64,000 bases of DNA. Origin: Fimbriosthenelais zetlandica (lineage: Eukaryota). The first letter of the stretch is position 1. Every line of letters begins with the position of its first letter. Below the pieces are notes generated by a model that did not search any database, had not been told where the DNA came from, and was given only the letters and a program-made list of their open reading frames with translations. Of this stretch, positions 10,101 to 20,300 are shown piece after piece. The stretch lies in assembly GCA_977030845.1 (NCBI GenBank), contig OZ365111.1:12152001-12216000 (forward strand), given 5' to 3'. Position numbers and translations under genes: made by a program.

Positions 10101-10970
10101 AAAAGATTCACCAGATCGACGGAGCCAATGATAGTAGTTCAGACGACGACTCTGATAAAGATGACGATGACGACGACGATGACGACGAAAATGAGAACGA
10201 GGAGAACAACGACGCTGAGGGCGAGGAAGAGGTAGGAGATTTATCCAAGATAAATTATTATACTATAGTATGGTAAAATTCCCTAAAATTTTAAATTGAG
10301 TGTTCATTTTAACTAGCATAGCATAGGCCTTGAGGCTTTAAAATGCTCAGCCTCAGATTTACATCTATGTGTGCTGCTTAATCGCTGAGACATTATAAAA
10401 GCTAATTTTCAATCAAGAAATTTAATTTATGTTTTTGACAAGTGGACATCACATCAAAATTGACAGTGTTCTCGTTATAAGATATTTATATTAAATTCCA
10501 GGAGCCCCTTAATTCAGATGATGACATCAGCGAGCATGATACCTCAGATCTGTTTGATACAGATAATGTTGTAGTCTGCCAGTATGATAAGGTAAAAATC
10601 AATATGTATTTTTGGTTTGAGCTTCTGACGTTTAACACTAGTAATTAGAAATATTAATAAGATACATGGTTGATAATATGTAACTAAATAATGTTTTCTG
10701 CTTATCTCAAGAATTTAGTTTTATTGTCCATAGAACTGTATAGAGATTTATCAAAAGGTTAATAGAATTCAAAATACCTATCCATTTACAATACTTCTCT
10801 GCAATTTGATTAATAAATATCATGTTTTCTGTGTATCTAAAATGTAACGTGTCTTTTTGTAGATTAATCGCAACAAAAATAAATGGAAGTTTCACCTGAA
10901 GGACGGAATCATGAACCTTAACGGCAGAGACTACGTATTTTCAAGAGCAAACGGCGAAGCAGAATGGTAG
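7081..10970 (+). CDS. GTF2A1: Transcription initiation factor IIA large subunit (alpha/beta precursor), 335 aa; gene span
   Basis: 8 exons (7081-7101, 8249-8350, 8732-8972, 9286-9344, 9561-9815, 10100-10231, 10502-10591, 10863-10970) total 1008 nt in frame. N-terminus KLYQSVVDDVINNVREAFLDEGVDEQILQELKQLWESKL; QIDG cleavage site; acidic tract; C-terminus EPLNSDDD...NVVVCQYDKINRNKNKWKFHLKDGIMNLNGRDYVFSRANGEAEW*. Confidence 0.96.
8249..8350 (+). CDS. GTF2A1: GTF2A1 exon 2
   Basis: RKLYQSVVDDVINNVREAFLDEGVDEQILQELKQ. Confidence 0.95.
8732..8972 (+). CDS. GTF2A1: GTF2A1 exon 3 (polyQ)
   Basis: LWESKLQQSKAVDP...QQQQQQKQQQPQQHQQHQQ...VLAQT. Confidence 0.92.
9286..9344 (+). CDS. GTF2A1: GTF2A1 exon 4
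   Basis: (V)TLSQAAQLPQGIQIAASNL; phase 1 to 0 bridges exons 3 and 5. Confidence 0.8.
9561..9815 (+). CDS. GTF2A1: GTF2A1 exon 5
   Basis: SAGAQQATLALPGG...GQLTPKSE. Confidence 0.88.
10100..10231 (+). CDS. GTF2A1: GTF2A1 exon 6 (Taspase1 site and acidic tract)
   Basis: QKIHQIDGANDSSSDDDSDKDDDD...EGEEE. Confidence 0.93.
10502..10591 (+). CDS. GTF2A1: GTF2A1 exon 7
   Basis: EPLNSDDDISEHDTSDLFDTDNVVVCQYDK. Confidence 0.95.
10863..10970 (+). CDS. GTF2A1: GTF2A1 exon 8 (terminal)
   Basis: INRNKNKWKFHLKDGIMNLNGRDYVFSRANGEAEW* (TAG). Confidence 0.96.
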   Translation: MNRNKNKWKFHLKDGIMNLNGRDYVFSRANGEAEW

Positions 10971-11404
10971 AACTAGAATGATCGCTTCTCCTCGCATCAC
11001 CAATTCTAGAATCCTATCAGCTAATTCATCCATAATAATAATAAGTCCAAGACTTAAGTCCTCTCCAAGACATTCACGATATCCACATGGTTCAAAATCA
11101 TGTAGTCTAAATGACAACGATGATCATGTGTTAATTTTCGCTAGCGTATGATAAAAAATAGATATTGTAAAATGTTGACCTAACTTGGTAAGACGGATCA
11201 TTCTGTATTCATTTCCCATTTTTTCTCCTATTTTCTATCAGTTTTTGTAACACCAAATTTTTTAGCATTTGACACATCTTTCCTCCTTTAAAGTGTTGTT
11301 TAATGGTGGCGTATGTTGTTCTATAGTTCAACTATTGTTCTGCATTTTTGTCAATCTAATCATTATTAGTGTGATATGTGATGGAAGCAAGTAAGAGATT
11401 TTTA

Positions 11405-11615
11405 CAGGGATGCAAGTTTTCAGACCATTGCCTGAATTTAGGCATTTTGAAATTTCCCCTCAATTGTTAAACCTTTGGTTTCTGGTATAGGGAATATATA
11501 AGGGTCCAAATATATAATTTATAAAGAATATGTTTTCATGTAATTGTGTTTTGTGACCTAAAAATGATCTTTGGAGCTGTCAAGATTATTTGATTTGCAT
11601 GAACTTGCATCCCTG
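11405..11615. mobile_element. 211-bp MITE with perfect 14-bp TIRs (hAT-like CAGGG terminus)
   Basis: CAGGGATGCAAGTT at 11405-11418 and its exact reverse complement AACTTGCATCCCTG at 11602-11615. No clear 8-bp TSD remains (gattttta vs gataaaga). Confidence 0.65.
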
Positions 11616-13275
11616 GATAAAGAACGGCTGTAAGTGAAGGGTATTAACTTAAATGTGTATTCCCCTGGTGAAGATAACGGTTTATTAAGTAGGAACCCGT
11701 TTATCTGAGATATAATGGGGCAGAGTGGACGAATGGCAAAGTGTCAATAAAGGTTGGAGTATAGATCTCGCCCTGTGTGCTAAAATTTAAGAAGAAGGCA
11801 TAATCAGAAGTGCAGTAGATCTACACTGAAAACTGGTTTATATATTAAAATAATTAAGCTGGTTAGGAGATCATTGAAAGGGCGAGGCAACTCTAAACCT
11901 TGTAAATACACCATTGAAGGAATGGTGCACTTGAACACGATATTTGGTTGATGTGATATTTTTTAACCAAACTCAGATTCATATAGGAGTACCTTTGTAT
12001 ATTATACCTTTTAAGTGTGAATTTAAGTATACCTTGGTTGGTTCTCAAGATGTGAAAATGTGCTTATTTGACTTCTGTTGTTTTAAGGAATCGTTGTTTA
12101 AATTCTTAAGAACTCAAAACCTCGGTGTATTAAGAAATGGTTTGTCGTATTATTTCATGTGTTCATTCATTTTGGGCCAAAACCTATTATGAGAAGCTAT
12201 AAGAGAAAATTGACGTATGCTATCTGGCCAAATTTATATGGAAGTAACTTGATCATTATGACACTATCATTCTAGTATAATATTCATATTTCATTGACGG
12301 TTCACGTTTTACGTGTACCCTGAAAATGAAAAGATTGTTAGCCAAAAAGAGAAAAGGAAGATGATCTTTGAAGTAATGCAATTACAAAGGTCTCTTTAGT
12401 CCAGTTTGTTTCCATTTCTCTTCCTCGTACTGTGACTTATCAATTTGATTTTTTTCATTTGTTAGGTGTTGAAAATGGATTACTTCTTTAGTCCTTGTTA
12501 TAAACAGAACAGGGAGGTTATAAGTTTAATTTACGTAACGATATATTAAGACAATTAACTGGAGGTTGTCTCACCGATGATTGCTTTGTATAGTAGGCTA
12601 GCCTCAGTTATTTACAACCTAGTGACCTCTCTTTTATCTGAGTGCTGACATCAAGTTTGGGTTTTCTAGTTTCCAATGAATTTGTATTTTTCCCCCATTA
12701 ATGTCTAAAGGGAAGGTTTAATGTGGAGGTCGGTATTTTTTTGTTGGATTTTTTTTCTAGGAATGTGTTTCTCCATTTAAATCCTGATTTACATCAAGAC
12801 TTTCATTTCTTGAAACCAGTTTATTTTAAGAGAAAAAGTGGGAGGATAGGTCTATTTTACTAAGTGATAGACCAGTTGAATTATTGTCATTTACCGTCAG
12901 AATACAGTGTAGTTTATGTTGAAATGGGCAACATCTGTTTGCTCTCTTGTATAATCTAATTATCTTCTTCATAATGTAGTTTGCAAAATTTGCAACATTT
13001 GATGATTCAAACTAGTAATCAATATTATCATGTTGAAACATATTCCAAGGTAGATCCCTGACCCACCAGAATGCTTGATCTGAAATGGAAAATGACAAAT
13101 ATTTATCAGAATTTATAATGGTTTACTGTTCAAAATTAATGACGTGCATGACTTTATTGTTTTGGCAACTTCTTTTTTCATTTGTCATCATCGAATGATG
13201 GGATCTCCCATGGGAGAATTAATATAAGCAAAATTTTAAGGACTGAGGTACAATGTAAATATATTTATGAAGGGG

Positions 13276-13281
13276 AATAAA
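13276..13281 (+). terminator. Candidate distal poly(A) signal of GTF2A1
   Basis: AATAAA followed by a T-rich tract; a more proximal AATAAA lies at 11746-11751. Confidence 0.4.
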
Positions 13282-14284
13282 GTGATGAAAAACATGTCAT
13301 TGTATTGCCTTACTTTTGCCTTTTAATTTACAAGCCTAGCTTTACTAGTTAGCTAAAAGTACTTCCCCTTTATCTCTCTATATGAAATTCCCGGGCTTAT
13401 CATGGGCCCAAAGAGATCCAAAGAGTGGTCCTACACTCTTTGATAGGCCTCCCTGGGACATAGTTCTTGGAATCTACACTAGGGGGAAACACCGGCGATA
13501 TACTACCGAACTACTTTCTATTGTATCCCTTCGCGCACAGGTGCGCTTTCACTCACTGGTTCAGTGGTCATTATTTCTGAAGAAAAACGTTAAATCTCGT
13601 ATATATCACAAATACAATAATCAACAAATAAGATTTTAAAGTAAATCTAACTTCAGGAATAGATATTCATTCCAGCTACATTTATTTTACAACTTATTTT
13701 GGGCGAACTATTTTCTTGCGCGCGGTATGAAAGCAGAGAGTAGTCGTGGAGCGTGAAAGCCGCGGAGTTACAAAAGGTACAGGTAGGCCTCCCTCAGTGG
13801 CACTTCTCAAACTAGCTTAACACAGTAACAAAGATTTAGAGAAATTAGGAGAAAACCGTGCCAAGTCCCAACTAGGTAAGCACTAGGAACAGTTTTTCTA
13901 CCCCTCCAGCATTGTGGCCTGACATTGCGGCCAATTTTGATAGGGATACGGTACTGTTGTGAAGTGTGGATAGAAACACTTCACGCAAGGTGGTTGTGTA
14001 TTCAGTCAGTGTGTCTGTCCCAGGGCTTGTTGAGGCAAGCCGACTGATTACATTGTTGTCAGTTGGATTATTATCGTGACCGAAATCATTTTCAAATGGA
14101 TACCAATCGATAATCACGTTTGTGAGGAATTCAACTTGCAGTGGAATACTTGTTTCACGTTTTCGTCGTTGTGTTGTTTTCTAGGAAGATGTCCCGTCTT
14201 GGTGGAGTACTCTAGCGCCGTGTTTATTGCCTGTGCAGAGGTTTGTTGGATTGCCCAGTGAAGCGTGGATTAATCACATAAACC

Positions 14285-14335
14285 ATGGCTGGCTCAGTTA
14301 ATGTTGCTTTCATGGACACACCTCTTGTCACCTGG
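14285..14335 (+). CDS. CCDC88: CCDC88 coding exon 1
   Basis: accATGg; [17 protein letters not shown], gtgagt donor. Confidence 0.9.
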
Positions 14336-17300
14336 GTGAGTATCGATATTGATTATAATGGCAGAGATTTGAACTAAAAATTGATGAGTGTTCAAAGTGA
14401 AAGGAACGAGATTGTAGCTGCCTTTAAAAAAGCCTGAAAATTAAAATTGTGCACCAGCACATGGCACTTTTAATTAATTGAATAAATTAAAGTTTACTAG
14501 ACATTTAATAATAATTAATTGGACTGAAATCCATGAATATTTATCAACATTTTTTGGTATTAAATCATGTATGATTTTTCGGTTGGAGGATACATTGTTT
14601 TAATTGTCGAATAAAAAGATCTAATTTAATTAAATGTGACTTTTTTTTAGATTCAAACATTCTATCAAGACCAGGGACCAATTACCTACAAGGATTTATA
14701 TGATGGGGCCTTTTTGAATTCAGTAATGCTGGAGATGTAAGTATACCATATACTAATACAGGCCCTGTATTTATACTATATTAGGCCTATATCATGAAAC
14801 AAAGTATCAAAGTATATCGGTGTAGGCTATAGCATATATATATATATCTGTCTGACACTTTTTACCGATTGTTATCAGTTCATATCCATTCGCCAAGCTT
14901 TAAGTGTAGGCAATACGGTTCTTGATAATCACTAATCCACAAAAGCTCTTTTAAGCACCATTGGAATGTTGGTTCTTATAATGTGCGGGTATCTGATGGC
15001 ATTTTTGTTAAGAGTAAGATTTCGACACAAGATAAATGATCGAGATTATATTCCGGTTATCAATATCAGCATGAGTTCAGACATATAACCCACTGGTAAT
15101 GACGAAGACTTGTGCAGTCAATGGCCAAGAAATTCTTTTTTATTGGTCCTATAATTAACCTATAGATCATATCAGTAATTATTATATATACCGGTAGTCC
15201 AGAAACATTTTTAGGTTATATGGTGAAAAATCCAATAAATTTAGAAATTTAAAAGAAATTTAAATCTAACAATTTATTCTTTTTAAAGTGATCCTCGGGC
15301 CCTTGAGGTAACTGGTGGATCCAGTGTGGAAGAGCGCCTGAACACATGGGATATACTTTTAAAGAACATCAAGACCTATTATCAGGTAAGCCTTTCCCTT
15401 TTCCTCGTGCAGACAGACAAACCTTTCCATTGTCACCCATACACGCCTGAACAATCTTCATTTTTTTTTATTCCCAGCTGACATGATGATTGGGATTCTC
15501 ACCCAGTCATCTGTTCAAACCTCTATCATATAAAATAGGTCCCTACCCTGGACAAATAAATGGACAGTTCTCAATGAACAAACATTTAGGGGTAAATATA
15601 ATGGAAGTACTGTACTATATTAGAAGAAGAGGGTTGGGAGCCAAGTAAATGCAAAGGTGCACACATTATACTGTGTTGGCATAGGTTGTGTCCCTATAAG
15701 ATAGTCTGCTGTGGACTGGTGTCAATATGGAGACCCAGGTTATGATTTGTGAACCAGACTCCGCTCTATGGCCATGTGTCACTGAGTGCAGCAGATGTTG
15801 AGGGATATGCAGTACTTATCCTTATGCAGATGAGAACCTCGAAAAGTCACATTTGCCTTGTTAAACTAAGTCCCCTTATCCTTTAAAAGTGAAAATACAT
15901 AAAGTAAACATACTGGTAATGACCCATAGGTCAGAGTGGCAAGATTACTATGTACACAGGTCTTGGTGAAGTAGATTAAACAGGGTCTGAACCTGTAACC
16001 CCTGTCCAGAGAGGATTTGCATATTTTTACCATATCATCATAAGAATACATACAAACATTGCTATCAATTGAGAATTACGTCACATTAATTTTTAATTAA
16101 TTATATTATTTTAAAGCAAGATATTTTTGTTGACTATCTCAGGGGAAGTTTCAGGGCATTAATATATTTAAATTTGTTGGTTGAACACCAAAACTCTGCA
16201 CTAGAAACTGTTTCTATTTTGTATTGGTTTTTATTGTCCAACGTTTCGGCAAGAGGCTGCCTTCTTCAGGGACTAATATATTTTTTTAGAAAATATTGAC
16301 ATTTGACAGAATTATGTGGTTGCACTTCACAATAAAACTAAAGGGTTTGGCTCTACACACACTCAGGAATGTACCTCTATAGGAACCCTAATCATATGAC
16401 TCATAAAATGTACCTATGCCGGACCACACTGGGTGAAACCATGTTTAAAATACCAATCCTGGCCTCTGATCAGAGTCATGTGTATTTCAGGAACAATCAA
16501 TGTGCCAATACATAGCCGAGGGATGAGTAAGCCATTGTTGTAATAACATTACTTAATAGAATTGAAAATCTACTTGATGACCACCACCATGATTCCTGCT
16601 CATTATAGGCGTGACGTCAATTAAATCTGACCAAGGGATACAGTTACAGAAAACAGTTGGGGGTTGACTGCGTCATGGGGAGGGGTGATTGAGTGGGTTG
16701 CATATATATATCAAAAAGTACCTTTAACTAAAGAATAGGTGGGTGGACGTGGCATTTACATATAGTAAACCCACAGAGACAGCTTTGGCTAATCTGGTAA
16801 TCAATTATGCCAATGCATAAACAATGAAAGTTTATATCCTTTGTTAAGTATGTAAAGAGGCGGTGTTTACCTTTGGGATTGAGCTAGGGGCATGCTCTAA
16901 CTTGTAATATACATAATCAGCTTGAGCTTTGATACTTGTGACTAAAAAGCCAGGAGATTTATTTAGGTGACTCAGAAGACTTTCACTATATAGAATGACT
17001 TTCAAGGCAATAATTACACCTTTCCAGGCTGTAATCGGAAGGGAAGGTTTTGGCATGTACCTATATGCTTGGTGAGACGGCTGATTAATCCTAGTCAAGG
17101 AGAAGGATGGAGTCTTGCTGGGGAGGCGTGGTCGGCTTGTACACCAGACATTTCCTTCTCACCTGCCCTCTTTGTTGCAAAACTTTCCAAAACATTTCCA
17201 AATGTAAACAGGCCTTGTTGGTATCTGGGGTGAATTTTGAACCACCTTTCTGACCAAATTTGGTTATTTATGTAGAATTTGTTCAAAAAATCTTATTAGT

Positions 17301-20300
17301 TTTCCCCTTAAGTATGTCCATTTGAGTTTTTGTTCATAAAATCTCAGTAGTTTTACCCTTAAGTATTTAAGAGATGTACCAAAGTATTGCTTACGGAAGA
17401 CTATTCCATCTGTTTATTTCACACAGTTACAATTATAAGGGCTCTATGCCAACTACTTAACTTGAAGTGGTTTATTGTCTATTTAACATGGCAGGCGGAT
17501 CTGATCTAGTATATATTACATTCACATGTAACAAACACCATTTATTACATTTAGATAGAACAGACCTGTTGTTGCTTGACTATGGCTACTTCAATGGTAT
17601 AGGCCATGTGAGGGTGTGTCAAGGTTAGTTAGCACTCCAGCTCCAGGCCTGTGGTTTACCCCTGATTAGCACCTTGTAGCCTACTCCTCCTGAGCTCATG
17701 TCTGATCTGCTGAGACTTGCCCCTCTCTTAAGCTCTAACGCCATTGATTTAATATGTCTCATCTCCTTTAGCCCGCCTCTATTTTCCCTGAAGCCATGGT
17801 CAAAATAATGGCACGCCCAGACAATTAAATATTCTGGCTGGGGGACTTAATGAGCCTTATCTTCTTTGATTCTCATGGGGATTTTTTTTACCCCAGACAT
17901 GGCTAGTTGACTGGAAAGCTACCCACTTTAAACGTGGCTATAGATGTTACAATTTGTAACAGGTATTTTTATTGCTCATAATAGGAATATCCTATAGGAA
18001 AGCTATCAATATATAATTGAATTTATTTCCTTCTAAGAAGTGGTCACATATTTATAATATGTTTCAGAATTACGCATCATCACACTTAATTTAAGACTGA
18101 ATAGTAATGTATGGATGAATGAGGTTTTAGGGTTCATATGTTAACCATCACACTTGTAAATGACAATTGTGTCAATGGTTGAATTTATGGCACACGATAC
18201 TCTAATATGATGCCGGGTTCTCAGCCAAATTACTCTGAACAGGGGGGATTTCTCGATGAATCATAACTTTGACTTGGCCAGAAACTGCCCCTAAAACCCA
18301 CTGTCCATCCACAAATGGTCATTACGGTCCATGGATGCCCATTATTCTCACATTCACCTTGTTATTGGTCTAATACCTGAAAATGAAAAAAAAAACACAT
18401 TTAGCAGAAATTAGCTCAAACACAATGGATTAAAAGCACAAAAAAACTTGATTCTATGATATTATAAGAGAAGAGTGATCGACATTTTTTTGCAATTTAT
18501 GATTAGCACACCCATCTGAGATTTCACGCTACTAAATATAATTTCTTTTTTCAATAAATTCTAACACATACATGTATGTTTATGGCTTGTAAGAGAAGAG
18601 CTCTACTTAAGGATAGGAAGTCCCACTTGTCCGTGTTGGAACTTACTGGGTACACAAGAGGATGCTTTCACATTGCTATGATACATCCTCACAGGCGATA
18701 AGTACATAACACCGCCAGATCCGAACAAAAATAATGTATTTTGTGGCACAGCACTAAAACACAAATTTAATATAAAAAATCTTAATCTCTTACTGCCTTC
18801 TCTTTCATACTGTGACAGAGCAATGAATCTTTTTTTTAATGAATCATTTTTTTTTCTTGAATTTACTATCATGCTTCCTTTTAAAGAGCATTGAATAGGA
18901 AAGGGATTTGACACACTTTCCATTGGATCATTCCTTATAAATCAAGTAAAAACAAGAAAGATGTTGGATTGACTGACCTGAATTATTAAAAAAACAATTT
19001 GCTCCTTTAGTAAAAAGGCACTAAAATTCTTTGGTATTTAATATATACGAGACTGCTATTGTATAGTAAGATCTATGCATGTTAGAATCAACATGTTACC
19101 ATGGGCGCCAGTCAGGTGGGTTAGAAACATGATACAGCACACGCCCCATTCTCCGTATCTACTATCTAGTCTTTCTTCCAAGACTAAAATACAAAAATCT
19201 GAGGTCCCCTTCTAGAGGAGGGATGATGGAAAAATGAGGGTGAGCGATCTGGTATCAGAGCGTGAACAGGGTCTTTATATTAGATGTGGACAGATCCCAA
19301 AAGATGATATTTCAATCATGCAGTCTACTCGTCTCTCCTTTGATTCCCCCACACCCTGTGGGATCGTGAGAGAGGTCGGGACAAGGACAACTTGTTCTGA
19401 AGAGAGAAATACATCTGACATATCCTCCGAGCACTTTCACAAAAATTGAATGCAATTAATTGAGAAAAAAGTGGAAAAGAGGCCAACGATTTGTCTGGTT
19501 GTCGCCTTTTGAAGTTTTTGTGTATTTGTGGCCACCTGCTTACCTCGCCAGAGGAGGTCCGGATATAAAAATTAGGGCTTCTGCTTTTGATTTGTATTCT
19601 ATCCCAGGTATGGTTCTTACTTATAAGGGTTCCCAAGTGCTTAAAATCCTTGGATTAAAAGCAAGTATTAGCATTGCTGGGGTGTATACAATATATATGT
19701 TTAATTTACACACATATTTTACAAGTTGCCAGATTCACAAATCATACCAGTGACAACTGCCCTCAGGCACTTTATGTTGACCCTAGCAGTGGACAAACAT
19801 GTTTATAAAATCTAAACCATAGCGACCTGTCCCAACTGGTAGAGTTTGCTTTGGGTGCACCCTTTTTAAATCCATTCTCTGGTCGACCCCCCCCCCCCCC
19901 GCCCCGACCCCTTCTCATTTATTCAACTTTTTCTCTGACTTCCTAATAATCATGGCTTTTCTCATTTCTTTAATAATTTATACCATTAGCACGGGACCTC
20001 AAAAACCTTCCATATCAATTGTTAATCATTCCACGATTCCAGCTGTAAAATGCACGGGTCGTTTCCATAGAAACGAGAGATACAAACGTAGTCTCCCGCA
20101 CCGGCCTGGTTAATAGTGTATAAGGAAAAAGTAGGAGATCAAAGCGGGTAGTTCATCCAGATCATTTGGCCGGGGCTGTGTGGAGGGGTGGATCGAGGAG
20201 TCGGATACTGTATTTAGGGCATTTAAGGATAATTTGTCTCCGCAAGAATGAGGCCTTGATAAACAATCAGATGTATCTGTTCTATGTTCCAACGTCTCCC

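Noticed and set aside
15483-15489. Box C (ATGATGA) of an intronic C/D snoRNA
   Set aside because: No CTGA box D or terminal stem at a suitable distance.
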